Source of the DNA: Acidobacteriota bacterium
Lineage (GTDB): Bacteria > Acidobacteriota > UBA890 > WLXD01
Length of the DNA stretch: 64,000 nt
Assembly: GCA_965205505.1 (NCBI GenBank)
Contig: CBDBHB010000009.1
Span: 3,040,001-3,104,000 of the forward strand
Reading direction: 5' to 3'
A program made the position numbers and the translations under genes. How positions within the stretch are numbered: the first letter of the stretch is position 1; each line of letters opens with the position of its first letter. The notes under the pieces are model-generated. The model was not told the origin of the DNA. It was given only the letters and a program-made list of their open reading frames with translations, and ran no database searches. Shown one piece after another: positions 38,366-48,442 of this stretch.

Positions 38366-39238
38366 GTGCTCCGTCTAACGGCCGAACACCACGCGCGCTT
38401 CAAGGCGGACGGGTTCGTAGTCGTCGACGACATCCTCGATCCTCAGACGGTGCAGGCTGCAGTAGCGCGCTTCGCGCCACTCTTTCGCGGTGAGTTCGAG
38501 ACCGGCCTCATGCCGGACGAGTGGAAGTGGCGGGAGGGCCGCGATGCGGAGCACCTCACGCGCCAGATTTGCAACGGCTGGAAGTCAGACCGCGTGGTGG
38601 CGTCGGTCGTTCTGCATGCTGACATCGGTCGCGCGTGCGCCGAGTTGATGGGATGGCCCGGTGCACGGCTGAATCAGGACAACGTGCTTTGGAAACCCCC
38701 CGGCGCTGCGGCGCTGGGACACCATCAGGACGACAGCTACGAGAGCTGGATCGTTCCCAGAGAAATGGCCACCTGCTGGATGACCTTGGACGCCACCAGC
38801 ATCGACGGCGGGACGATCGAGTACGTGCGCGGCTCTCACCGGTGGGGTCTGTCGCCACCGATCTCCCAGTTCCACGCGCCGCCGGATCACCAAGTCGAAA
38901 TGCGCCGGGCGGCGGCAGCGGCCGGCGTCGAGCCCGACGTCGTGCGCATCGAGTGTGCCGCCGGATCCGGTGTCCTGCACCATGGCAGGACGTGGCATGG
39001 GTCGGCCGCCAATCGCAGCAATCGACCACGCCGATCGCTCGTTGCCCACTGCATGTCGTCGGACGCGCAGTTCCACCCCACCAACGTCAGCGCTGTCTAC
39101 GGGCGCTACATGCATCCCGGCGAGCTATCGATGGACGAAAGCTTCTTTCCGATTCTGTGGGCTCAGGAAGGCCACCGCACCGAGTTCCTCGAGGAATACG
39201 TCGCCGGCCTTCCTCGAGGCCGTGAGCCGGGCTACTGA
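38366..39238 (+). CDS. Phytanoyl-CoA dioxygenase (PhyH) family Fe(II)/2OG oxygenase
   Basis: KPPG, HQD, WMTLD, GSH, HGRTWHGS..N and RRS. Confidence 0.9.
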   Translation: MLRLTAEHHARFKADGFVVVDDILDPQTVQAAVARFAPLFRGEFETGLMPDEWKWREGRDAEHLTRQICNGWKSDRVVASVVLHADIGRACAELMGWPGARLNQDNVLWKPPGAAALGHHQDDSYESWIVPREMATCWMTLDATSIDGGTIEYVRGSHRWGLSPPISQFHAPPDHQVEMRRAAAAAGVEPDVVRIECAAGSGVLHHGRTWHGSAANRSNRPRRSLVAHCMSSDAQFHPTNVSAVYGRYMHPGELSMDESFFPILWAQEGHRTEFLEEYVAGLPRGREPGY

Positions 39239-41352
39239 TCGTCGCGGAACCCTGAATATAGGGGATCCACGGGCTCACCCTTGACGTACTTGTCGAACCA
39301 CAAGCCATAACGTCGTAGACGATCTGCCTCGTACGAAGGCACACCGAACCCGTGGCTCTGCCCCGGGTAGACGATCAGGCCGGTCTCGACATCGAGCACC
39401 CGCAGGGCGAGATACAGGTGCTCCGATTGGCTCAGCGGATCGCGGTAGTCCTCGCCGCCGTGGATGAACAACGTCGGGGTGACCGCGTTCTTGATGTACG
39501 TTGCCGGCGACACCTTGCGGTATAGGTCAATGTTGTCCCAGGGCGTGCCGAACTCGTGGATCCACAGCATTCCCCAATCGTCGGTACCGAAAGCGCCGTA
39601 GTAGTCGGAATCGCTGGCGGCGGAGACCGCTCCTTTGAATCGGTCGGTCTTGACGATCACGTAGTTCGTGAGAATGCCACCGTAGCTGTATCCGCCAACG
39701 CCCATGCGGTCGGGATCGACGTAACCGCGGGCGATCAACGCGTCGACGCCCGCCATTACGTCGTCGTAGTCTGGCCCGCCCCAATCGGCAAAGATGGCGC
39801 GGCTGAACTCCTCGCCGTAGCCGGTGCTGCCGCGTGGATTGACCAGCAGCACGACGTAGCCGAGCGATGCCAGGTACTGGTGGGTGAGGTTGAAACCGTT
39901 GGTGAACTGCCCCACGGGTCCGCCGTGAATCCACAGGATGAGTGGGTATTTGCGGGCCGGCTCGAATCCCGGCGGCTTGATAACCCAGGCGTGGACCGGC
40001 GGGCCGTCGGCAGTTTCGAACCACATTTCCTCGCTCGAGTTGAAGTCGAGCTCGGCGAGGTGATCCGCGTTGGCCCGACTGAGATCCCGCATAGCGCTTT
40101 CCGGAACCGGTATCTGGTCGAGCGGAGCCACATAGATCTCCGCCGGCCGGTCGTTGCGCGTGTACCGCAGCACCACGCGATCATCGCCCACCAACGCCGT
40201 ACCCACGTTGCCCTCCACAATCCGGGTTACCTCGCCATCCAGGCTTCCTCGCACGAGCGGAGTGCGACCCTCATCGGCCAGGCTGACGTAGATCGAACGC
40301 GAGTCCGGCGCCCAGACGGGGGCGCCGCGCGTCCAGCGATCGAGATCGCCCGTGAGGTTGCGGGCGGCCCCACCCGATGACGGCACGGCCATGACCCTCG
40401 GGGTCGGGTACATCGACCACTCGGGGTCGGCGCTGATATAGGCAATCCAAGCACTATCCGGCGAGAAGACTGGGGATCCGTCACTGCCCGCGTAGTCGGT
40501 CACTCGCACCGTCCGCCCGGAGGCCACCTCCACCTTCCAGATATCGGTGTTCAAGTTGCTGTCCGGCTCAGCGGTACGGTTGGATTCGAAAGCGATCCAC
40601 CGACCATCGGGCGCGAACGACGGGTTGCTGCTGTCGTAGGCGCTGTCGGTGAGTCGCGTCGCGTCACCCCGATCCATCCCCCGGCTATCGAGTGCCGGGC
40701 CCGTCGGGAGGATGTGGATTTGGGACCGGCGGTCGTCCAGATAGCCGAGTCCGTCGTACTTGTGCTTCAAGCGCGTCACCACGATGGGCACCGGCCTACC
40801 GACGGCGTTTTCCTGCGGGCCAGCTTTCGGCGGCATCGACACCACGGCTAGCTGTGTGCCGTCGGGTGACCAACGGTAGGAGCGCACACCGCCCTCGACT
40901 TCGGTCACCGGGAAGGCCTCGCCTCCGCTCACCGGCATGACGTAGACCTGCCCACGGGCCGCGACCTCTTCGGCCAAGCCCCAGGCCGACGCGTCGCGGC
41001 TCGAGACGAACGAGATCAAGCGCCCATCGGGCGAGAACGCTGGCGACGAAACGCTATCGTGGCCGTGCGTAAGTGGTCGCGCCGCGCCGCCGTCGATGGC
41101 AACGCGCCACAGTGTCCTGACCTTGCTGTCGGTCGCTCGATCGGCATGGGTGACGACATACACCACGCTGCGCCCGTCGGGCGAAACCGCCGGGCTGCCG
41201 ACCGAGCGCAGAGCGTAATAATCGCCCAACGACACGGTTTGAGCGGCGCCCGAATGACGAGCCCCCGCCACCCGCCCGGCCGCCGGGACGGGCTCGATCA
41301 GCGGGATGGCGATCAGCCCCAACAGGGCAACTAGCCGAGACCTGTAACGCAT
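39232..41352 (-). CDS. Secreted S9 family peptidase (acylaminoacyl/dipeptidyl aminopeptidase)
   Basis: Signal peptide, PD40-like SPDG repeats, IHGGP, NPRGSTGYG, GYSYGG, HGGEDYR and H in GQSHG. Confidence 0.9.
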   Translation of the reverse strand: MRYRSRLVALLGLIAIPLIEPVPAAGRVAGARHSGAAQTVSLGDYYALRSVGSPAVSPDGRSVVYVVTHADRATDSKVRTLWRVAIDGGAARPLTHGHDSVSSPAFSPDGRLISFVSSRDASAWGLAEEVAARGQVYVMPVSGGEAFPVTEVEGGVRSYRWSPDGTQLAVVSMPPKAGPQENAVGRPVPIVVTRLKHKYDGLGYLDDRRSQIHILPTGPALDSRGMDRGDATRLTDSAYDSSNPSFAPDGRWIAFESNRTAEPDSNLNTDIWKVEVASGRTVRVTDYAGSDGSPVFSPDSAWIAYISADPEWSMYPTPRVMAVPSSGGAARNLTGDLDRWTRGAPVWAPDSRSIYVSLADEGRTPLVRGSLDGEVTRIVEGNVGTALVGDDRVVLRYTRNDRPAEIYVAPLDQIPVPESAMRDLSRANADHLAELDFNSSEEMWFETADGPPVHAWVIKPPGFEPARKYPLILWIHGGPVGQFTNGFNLTHQYLASLGYVVLLVNPRGSTGYGEEFSRAIFADWGGPDYDDVMAGVDALIARGYVDPDRMGVGGYSYGGILTNYVIVKTDRFKGAVSAASDSDYYGAFGTDDWGMLWIHEFGTPWDNIDLYRKVSPATYIKNAVTPTLFIHGGEDYRDPLSQSEHLYLALRVLDVETGLIVYPGQSHGFGVPSYEADRLRRYGLWFDKYVKGEPVDPLYSGFRDDQ

Positions 41353-41356
41353 CTGC

Positions 41357-41857
41357 TCAGCCCTCCGGAGTGTAGTTCCAGATGTCGCGCGCCACCCTCC
41401 AGCTGTCGTCTGCCTGTCGTCGAAATACGTACACGCCCTTCCCGGTCTGCCGAATCGGCTCGCCGCCGTCGAGCGGCGTAAGTGTCCAGCGGAAAGCGTA
41501 GGCCTCGAATGCAACATCGCCGGCTAAGCTCACATCGGAGCTCGTGTATTCGAGATCGGTCTCGTAGGCGGCGAAGAACGCCTCGAGCCAGGCTCGGATG
41601 GCGTCGTGGCCGCTCACCGCCGGCTCGTCGGGCGGCATGATCACCATGTCCTCGGTGACACTTGCCAGGAAGCCGTCGGGATCAGCGCCGATAAAGGACG
41701 CCGCGAAACTGTTCAAGCGCGTGGCGCGGATCGCTGCGATGTCTTCTGCCTCGGACGGCCCCGTGACTACCGCTGCCTGAGGCGCCTCGGCAGGCTGGGT
41801 GCATGCGGCATTCGCCACGAGTGATAGGACGATAAAGCACTTCGCGAGCCTGTCCAT
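41357..41857 (-). CDS. NTF2-like (DUF4440/SnoaL) lipoprotein
   Basis: GGAGG RBS, lipobox-like NAAC, MPP.EP..G..AIR and C-terminal GKGVYVFRRQADDSWRVARDIWN. Confidence 0.8.
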   Translation of the reverse strand: MDRLAKCFIVLSLVANAACTQPAEAPQAAVVTGPSEAEDIAAIRATRLNSFAASFIGADPDGFLASVTEDMVIMPPDEPAVSGHDAIRAWLEAFFAAYETDLEYTSSDVSLAGDVAFEAYAFRWTLTPLDGGEPIRQTGKGVYVFRRQADDSWRVARDIWNYTPEG

Positions 41858-41953
41858 TCGTTGCCCTCCAGCTGAATCGATGAGCATACGCGTCGGTTAG
41901 TATCACGTGTCCGCCGCGATAGCACGGAGTGACGATGGCACGGAGCGACTCGT

Positions 41954-44254
41954 GTGATTGAGAATCCCGGACAGCGAGTCGTAAGACCGGCACCCTCCAG
42001 CAGAGCGGGTTGCTCCGCCGGGCTGCTCTGTATTCTCCTGTGCACGAGCCTGCCGCTGACTGCAGGCGCGGCGACGCCGGGACACCAGGAAACCACGATC
42101 GACCCCGCAGCGCCAGGATCATCGACACCGTCCTCCGCCAAGTTCATGCGGGCTACGCGAACTGCCTCCGGCCCGGTCCTCGATGGCGTACTCGACGACG
42201 AGGCGTGGGACGCCGCCGAGGTGATCAGCGACTTCGTACAGCGCGAGCCGCAGGAGCGCGGCACCCCGTCGGAGCGTACCGAGGCTCGCGTCTTGTACGA
42301 CGACGAACATCTCTATATCGGTTTCGTGCTCTACGACAGCGACCCGGGGGCCATACGCGCAACGCAGCTGCGCCGCGACAGCCTGCGAATCCGTCTTCCG
42401 GGTGTCCGTCGCAACAGCGGCGCCGGGTCCGACGACATCGTGAGCGTCGTGCTAGACACGTTTCACGATCACCGCAACGCCTTCCTCTTCACCGTGAACG
42501 CGCTCGGGACACGCAGCGACGCGACCATCCGAAACGAGCGCGAGGTGAACCAGGATTGGGACGAGCGCTGGGAGGCTGCGGCACAAATCACCGATCGCGG
42601 TTGGGAGGCTGAGTTGGCGATCCCCTGGTCGATCCTGCGTTACTCAGGCGACAACCCTACCTGGGGATTGGATTTCCGGCGCGAGATTCGCCGCACCAAC
42701 GAGGAGATCATCTGGAGCAACTCCAGCCTCGACTATTCCTTCATCGCCGTCTCGCAAGCAGGCGAGCTCCAGGGACTTACGGGCCTCACGCTCACCGAGC
42801 GATTTCGCCTACGGCCATACGTAACCGGCGCCGCTAGCTCGTTGGAGCAACGTGACGATCCGATCTCCGAGCGCAACACAGAACTCGGTATCGAGGACCT
42901 GAAGATCAAGCTGACGTCGAATCTGACATCACAGTTCACCTACAACACCGACTTCGCTCAAGTGGAGGTCGACGAGCAGCGCGTCAACCTAACACGCTTC
43001 TCGCTTTTCTTCCCCGAGAAGCGGGAGTTCTTTCTCGAGGCGGCCAACAACTTCACCTTCGGCAACACCGCGGGTCGATTCGGGTTACCGCCGCCCACGC
43101 GTCTCTACTTTTCGCGCCGCATCGGGCTGGCCGACGATGGAACACCGCTGCCGATCGACTTCGGAGGGAAGCTGACCGGCAAGATGGGCCGCGGCAATCT
43201 GGGACTACAGCACGTACGGACTGGCGACTCGCCGCTTGCCCCCGGTCGTGCCTACACGGCGCTACGCTGGCGCCAGGATATCCTGGCGCGTTCCAGCGTC
43301 GGCGCTTACTTCTCCAACGTGGAAGGGGCGGCGGGCGACTTCAACCGTGTCTTTGGCGTCGATGCCAGTTTCATTCTCTACGACCACCTCAATATCTCCG
43401 GTTTCGCGGCGCAATCGCAGGACGACGAGGTTGACGGCGACGCCTGGATCGGTGAGGTCCGCGCCATCTGGCAGACGGATTTGTGGGAGGCGGAAGCGCA
43501 AATCGTCCAGATCGACGAGGACTTTCGCACCGAGCTGGGCTTCATACCACGTACGGACATCGTCAAGAGAACGGTTGCTGGCCGCTGGAAGCCGCGTCCC
43601 GCCGCGCGCTGGCTCCGTCAGATCGATATCAACGGCTACCTCGATCACACCATCAACCACGCCGGTGAGCGCGTAGCCCGACAGAGCGGCGTGTTCATGC
43701 GGTTCGGTATGGAGTCGGGGGATTCGTTCACCGCTGGTTTCCGCACCAACTTCGATCGCCTGGAGGCGCCGTTCGAGGTCAGCCCTGACGTCATTGTTTC
43801 GGCCGACGACTACGAGTTCATCGAATGGTCCGTCGGATACCAGACCTATCCGGGCAGAAAGCTCAGTGGTGGGTTCTCCATACTGTCGGGCGGGTTCTTC
43901 GACGGTATGCTGACGCGCGTGAGTCCGCGGGCCACGCTGCGCCTCAACGAGAGCGTCAGCCTGCGGCCGAGCTACAGCTTCAATTACGTCAAGCTCCCGG
44001 GTGGCACATTCTCGGTCCACCTGGCACGCCTGCGCGCGGAGGTGTCGTTCTCCGAGCGATGGCTGACCGACGCCCTGGTCCAGTACAGCAGCGCTGACGA
44101 GGATTTCTCGGTGTTCGCGCGCTTGCGCTACCTCTATCGTCCCGGAGACAATTTCTACCTCGTCTATCGACAGAATCGCTCGTACGGTGGCGAGTTCTCC
44201 GGACTGGACGATCGCTCCCTTACCGCCAAGATGACCTACACATTCCAGTGGTAG
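41954..44254 (+). CDS. CBM9-like domain plus DUF5916 outer-membrane protein
   Basis: LDGVLDDEAW, TEARVLYD, LDTFHD, WEAELAIPW, NTDFAQVEVD, FFPEKREFFLE and aromatic C-terminus. Start uncertain. Confidence 0.85.
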   Translation: MIENPGQRVVRPAPSSRAGCSAGLLCILLCTSLPLTAGAATPGHQETTIDPAAPGSSTPSSAKFMRATRTASGPVLDGVLDDEAWDAAEVISDFVQREPQERGTPSERTEARVLYDDEHLYIGFVLYDSDPGAIRATQLRRDSLRIRLPGVRRNSGAGSDDIVSVVLDTFHDHRNAFLFTVNALGTRSDATIRNEREVNQDWDERWEAAAQITDRGWEAELAIPWSILRYSGDNPTWGLDFRREIRRTNEEIIWSNSSLDYSFIAVSQAGELQGLTGLTLTERFRLRPYVTGAASSLEQRDDPISERNTELGIEDLKIKLTSNLTSQFTYNTDFAQVEVDEQRVNLTRFSLFFPEKREFFLEAANNFTFGNTAGRFGLPPPTRLYFSRRIGLADDGTPLPIDFGGKLTGKMGRGNLGLQHVRTGDSPLAPGRAYTALRWRQDILARSSVGAYFSNVEGAAGDFNRVFGVDASFILYDHLNISGFAAQSQDDEVDGDAWIGEVRAIWQTDLWEAEAQIVQIDEDFRTELGFIPRTDIVKRTVAGRWKPRPAARWLRQIDINGYLDHTINHAGERVARQSGVFMRFGMESGDSFTAGFRTNFDRLEAPFEVSPDVIVSADDYEFIEWSVGYQTYPGRKLSGGFSILSGGFFDGMLTRVSPRATLRLNESVSLRPSYSFNYVKLPGGTFSVHLARLRAEVSFSERWLTDALVQYSSADEDFSVFARLRYLYRPGDNFYLVYRQNRSYGGEFSGLDDRSLTAKMTYTFQW

Positions 44255-44283
44255 CTGCCTCGAGGAGCACGGCGTCGCTACTC

Positions 44284-44391
44284 ATGTCAGCGAACACCCG
44301 GGTAACGCCGAATGTATTCAGCACGCTCGAGGAGCTCGATCGAATCTGTGGCGCCGTCGAAGACGGAAGGCGCCTCGGAATCGGTGCCTGA
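44284..44391 (+). pseudogene. Possible C-terminal remnant of a class V aminotransferase
   Basis: 35-codon frame containing RVTPNVFSTLEELDRICGAVE, resembling the terminal strand and helix of NifS/isopenicillin-N-epimerase-like enzymes. Confidence 0.5.
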
Positions 44392-44471
44392 TGACACTGG
44401 CCCATTTCTGTGGTTTGCTGCAAAGTACCGATGAACAGGAACGACCGGCTTGAACGACAGGAGTCAGACGG

Positions 44472-44771
44472 GTGAGCGACCAGCTAAGAGAAACCAAAGG
44501 GCTGTACCGGACGGTGGAGTTCGTAGCCACTGCGGAGAAGCAGGAGGGTGGCTGGCACCCGACCTACAAGCTAGCTAGCGGTATGGGCGGACGACCCGCA
44601 GGCGAGCTTCAGGAGAGCGCCGAGGCAGCGCTCGTGGAAGCCACGATCGGCGCCGTTCAGATGGTTCGATTGATCTTCGACGATCGCCCCGAGCCCGATA
44701 CCGTGAACGTCCAGGAGTCCAGCATCCACGACGCTGTACAGGAGCGGCTCGACGCTCTCGAGGAAGCCTGA
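44472..44771 (+). CDS. Hypothetical protein (99 aa)
   Basis: GTG start with AGGAG upstream, genome-like codon usage, fills an intergenic gap. Confidence 0.6.
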   Translation: MSDQLRETKGLYRTVEFVATAEKQEGGWHPTYKLASGMGGRPAGELQESAEAALVEATIGAVQMVRLIFDDRPEPDTVNVQESSIHDAVQERLDALEEA

Positions 44772-44804
44772 CTGACCGGCCCGGCGGGCGCCGGATCGAG
44801 CCTG

Positions 44805-45806
44805 CTAGGCGGTATCGGGATCATTGTTCTCCGCACGCTCACTACGACCGAGCCGGTGCTTCTGGCGATCGATGAGCACTGCGGCGACGATGATCGCTCC
44901 GGTCATGATCTCCTGGACGTAGTGAGGCACCCCCAGCATGTTGCTGCCGTTGCGCAGCACCGCCATGATCAGCGCGCCGGCGACCGATCCCATAGCGCTC
45001 CCCTCGCCGCCGCCTAACGACCCGCCGCCGATCACCACAGCAGCAATGACGTCGAGCTCCAGCCCGGCGGCGGAAGTAGGATCACCGACCGTAAGGTAGG
45101 CACACTGCATCACGGCCGCAACGCCGGTAAAGGCTCCGCACAAGGCGTAGATCTGGATCTTCACGAGCTCCACCCGCACGCCGCACAGTCGCGCCGTGCG
45201 CTCGCTCGAGCCGATCGCGAAGACATAGCGCCCGAACCCGGTGCGCGTCAGAATGACGGTCGAGATTCCGAGCAGCGCGGCTGCCACCCAGACGCCGGGT
45301 GCGAAGATCAACCAGGCGGGGCGCGGATCGACGAGCATCAAGTCGTTGAGCCAATTGCCGGGGATCGACAGCGTCCCCTCGCGGGCGAGCCATTTGGCCA
45401 CGCCGCGGGCGATCTGCATCATGCCCAGGGTGACGATGAACGGGATCACGTTGAACCGCGTAATGAGCACGCCGCTGACCGTGCCCACCGCCACACACGC
45501 CGCCACTCCAGCCAGGGCGGCCAGCAACGGCCCGGTGAACCCCGGGCCGAGCGCGTTGATCACGAGCCCGGTCACCACGGTCCCCATGGCGATTTGCGAG
45601 CCGACGCTGAGGTCGATGCCCTTGGAAACGATGACGAACGTCATGCCGAGCGCCGCGATCCCGACAATGACGCTCTGGGTGAGGATCGTCTTGAGGTTGT
45701 ACAGCGACTGAAACGCCGGAGGGGTGATCAAGGCGAACAAGGTCACCACCGCGGCCAACCCGATGAACGGTCCGAGCGCCGCCAGGCGCCGGCGCGAGAT
45801 CGCCAT
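44805..45806 (-). CDS. Sugar ABC transporter permease (RbsC-like)
   Basis: GMTFVI..GIDLSVG, PFIVTLG, T.FGRY..AIG and ELDVIAAVVIGG. Confidence 0.9.
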   Translation of the reverse strand: MAISRRRLAALGPFIGLAAVVTLFALITPPAFQSLYNLKTILTQSVIVGIAALGMTFVIVSKGIDLSVGSQIAMGTVVTGLVINALGPGFTGPLLAALAGVAACVAVGTVSGVLITRFNVIPFIVTLGMMQIARGVAKWLAREGTLSIPGNWLNDLMLVDPRPAWLIFAPGVWVAAALLGISTVILTRTGFGRYVFAIGSSERTARLCGVRVELVKIQIYALCGAFTGVAAVMQCAYLTVGDPTSAAGLELDVIAAVVIGGGSLGGGEGSAMGSVAGALIMAVLRNGSNMLGVPHYVQEIMTGAIIVAAVLIDRQKHRLGRSERAENNDPDTA

Positions 45807-47341
45807 CACGCCGTGCTCGGCCCGATGCTCCGCAAGGGCGGGCCACCGATGCCGGAGGTGGCGAATTGCATCACCTTCTCCAGCGTCCATCCTTCGACCG
45901 GGCGTGATTCGGAGACCACACCCCGGTGAACGACGGCTAGCGTGTCGCACACACCGAACAGCTCGGGCAGGTACGAGCTGGTCATGAGGATCGCCTTCCC
46001 AGATTCGGCGAGCGCGTGCATGAGCCGATAGATGTGGGCCTTGGTGGCGATGTCGATGCCGCGAGTAGGCTCGTCCATCAGCAGCACGTCACCGTCCTGA
46101 TGGAGTAGGCGGGCCAGGCAAACGCGCTGTTGGTTGCCGCCCGACAACGTTGCGACCGGCGCATCGGGGTCATGCGCCTTGATGCCCAGCCGCCGACCCC
46201 AATCGACGGCGCTGTCGCGCTCGCGCTGCCGGTCCAGCAATCCCCATCTACGGTAGCGACGTAACCCCGACAGTGTGATGTTGGCCGAGATCGACAAGCC
46301 GAGAGCCAGCCCCTCCACCTGCCGATCCTCACTGAGCATGTCCACACCCTGCTCCAACGCGCTGTACGGGGTGAGCTGGCGGACGCGCAACTCGGGCTTG
46401 CCGGCGATCGCCAGGCGTCCACTGACCGTAGGGTTCAGCCCGAACAGGGCCCGCAACGTCTCGCTACGACCGGCGCCGACGAGGCCCGCCAATCCCAGGA
46501 TCTCGCCCCGACGGAGGTTGATATTGGCCCCAGCAGGCATCCCCTCACGCCCACTCAGATCGCCGACTCGAACGAAGACGTCGCCAAGCCGATGGCGCGA
46601 CTGCGGATACAGCTCCCCGACGTCGCGACCCACCATATGGCGGATCAGCTCGTGATCGGTAACGGCTTCAACGGATCCATTGGCGACCGCGCGACCGTCG
46701 CGTAGGACTGCGAACCGATCACAGAGCCGTCGAACCTCCTCGAGGAAGTGGCTGACGAATATGAAGGCCACGCCACGATCTCGAAGCCGGCCCACAACCT
46801 GAAACAGGGTGCGCGCATCCCTCGCCGAGAGGGCACTGGTAGGCTCGTCCATCACCACGATGCGGGCGTCGGCAAATAGTGCTCGCGCGATCTCGACGAC
46901 CTGCTGCCGACCGATGCTGAGGTCTCCGACAGCTGCGGCGGTGTCGATGTCGGCGTGTTCCAACATTCCCAGCACCTCGCGAACGCGGCCGTGCTGCGAG
47001 CGCAGCACACCGAGTCGACGCGCCTCCCTTCCGAGGGTGATATTCGCCTCGACGCTCAGGTGTGGAGCGAGGCTCAGCTCCTGGTAGATCGCCGCGATAC
47101 CGACGCGTAGTCCCTCCAGCGGAGACGATGGCGCGTACCGTTGGCCAGCCAGGTGCATGCCGCCGCGATCGGGCCGGTACACGCCGGCGAGCACGTTCAT
47201 CAAGGTGCTCTTACCGGCACCGTTCTCGCCTATCAGGCCGAGAACTTCCCCCCGATCCAGGCGCAGAGACACTCCGCGCAGGGCGCGCACGGGCCCGAAC
47301 GACTTTTCGATTCCTTCGAGCTGGAGGAGTGCCTCAGCCAA
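45806..47341 (-). CDS. Sugar ABC transporter ATP-binding protein (RbsA-like, two domains)
   Basis: GENGAGKST, MDEPT, FVSH, LSGGNQQ and DEPTRGID. Confidence 0.92.
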   Translation of the reverse strand: MAEALLQLEGIEKSFGPVRALRGVSLRLDRGEVLGLIGENGAGKSTLMNVLAGVYRPDRGGMHLAGQRYAPSSPLEGLRVGIAAIYQELSLAPHLSVEANITLGREARRLGVLRSQHGRVREVLGMLEHADIDTAAAVGDLSIGRQQVVEIARALFADARIVVMDEPTSALSARDARTLFQVVGRLRDRGVAFIFVSHFLEEVRRLCDRFAVLRDGRAVANGSVEAVTDHELIRHMVGRDVGELYPQSRHRLGDVFVRVGDLSGREGMPAGANINLRRGEILGLAGLVGAGRSETLRALFGLNPTVSGRLAIAGKPELRVRQLTPYSALEQGVDMLSEDRQVEGLALGLSISANITLSGLRRYRRWGLLDRQRERDSAVDWGRRLGIKAHDPDAPVATLSGGNQQRVCLARLLHQDGDVLLMDEPTRGIDIATKAHIYRLMHALAESGKAILMTSSYLPELFGVCDTLAVVHRGVVSESRPVEGWTLEKVMQFATSGIGGPPLRSIGPSTA

Positions 47342-47380
47342 GGCGCGCCCGGATCCCCTGGCCGAGCCCCGATCCTCGTA

Positions 47381-48442
47381 TCACTCGCCGAGCCAGGTTT
47401 CCAAGTCGGGTGACAGTAGCTCGCGCGCCACCGGCTCACCCATGTTCTGTGGCGTGATCATCATCAGGCGGGTCTCCACGTACGCGTCGTGCTCGAGCCC
47501 CCGAGCCGCGGCGGCGGCCGTCTTGACGCCCAGATACCCCATCGCAAAGGGATCCTGGACCGCAAGCCCGTGAATCGTCCCGGCGTCGAGGGCTGCGATC
47601 AGCGTCTCGTTGGCGTCGAAGCCGACCAGACGCGTGGTACCGGCGCGACCGCTCGTTTGCAACGCGCGTAGCATCCCTTGAGTAGAGGTTTCGTTGGCCG
47701 TGAAGATTCCGTCCACAGCGGGGAACCGATTGAGTAGATTTTGCGATGCTTGCAAGGCAGTTTCCAGCGTTGCGCCGGCGCGTTGATTGTCGCTGACTAC
47801 CTCGATATCCGCGAACTCGCCCATGGCGTCGAGAAACCCCCGCTCCCGAGCCGTGGTGCTCGCGTGCCCTTCCATGAAGCGCAACATGAGGACGCTGCCA
47901 CGCCCGCCGATGACCTCGGCCAGCCGGCGGCCGCAGCTTCGCCCACCCTCGTAGTTGTTGGTGGCGATGAAGGCTGCCTGCACGGTCGAATCCAGTCCTG
48001 AATCGACGATCACCACCGGGATATCGCGACCCGCCGCCGCCTCGACCGGTCCCACCAGGCTACGAGAATCGAGCGGTGCCAGAACGATGGCGTCGACCCG
48101 GCGGCTTATGAAGTTCTGCACCACCTGGATCTGCATCTGACGGTCGTCTTCGCGTACCGGTCCCTGCCACAGCACTTCGACGTCGGCCTCGATGCCGCCC
48201 TTGATCGCGCCGGCGTGGATGCTCTTCCAGAACTGGTGAGTGGAGCCTTTGGGAATGACCGCGATCTGCAGTCGGCTCTCGCCCCCGGCAGTGTCCGGCT
48301 CAGCGCACGCCGCGGACAACAGCATGGCGACGCCAAGCCATGAGAGCGTCGCCGCCATGGGCGAGCGCCGATCAGCGCGCCACGAGCCTGCGCCAGGGCG
48401 GTTACCCTGCCGCCGGCGCGGCAACGCCGCCACCACCATCAC
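47381..48442 (-). CDS. Sugar ABC transporter substrate-binding lipoprotein
   Basis: LSAAC lipobox, IAVIPKG.TH.FW, IATNNY.GG, VGFD and QDPF.MGY. Start may be 48358. Confidence 0.88.
   Translation of the reverse strand: MMVVAALPRRRQGNRPGAGSWRADRRSPMAATLSWLGVAMLLSAACAEPDTAGGESRLQIAVIPKGSTHQFWKSIHAGAIKGGIEADVEVLWQGPVREDDRQMQIQVVQNFISRRVDAIVLAPLDSRSLVGPVEAAAGRDIPVVIVDSGLDSTVQAAFIATNNYEGGRSCGRRLAEVIGGRGSVLMLRFMEGHASTTARERGFLDAMGEFADIEVVSDNQRAGATLETALQASQNLLNRFPAVDGIFTANETSTQGMLRALQTSGRAGTTRLVGFDANETLIAALDAGTIHGLAVQDPFAMGYLGVKTAAAAARGLEHDAYVETRLMMITPQNMGEPVARELLSPDLETWLGE

Noticed and set aside
31348-44808. CCTGCTAG at gene ends (31348-31355 and 44801-44808) and CTAGCAGG near 61263 as additional MITE ends
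   Set aside because: Only 8-9 bp match and the TAG stop explains part of it; no further TIR similarity.
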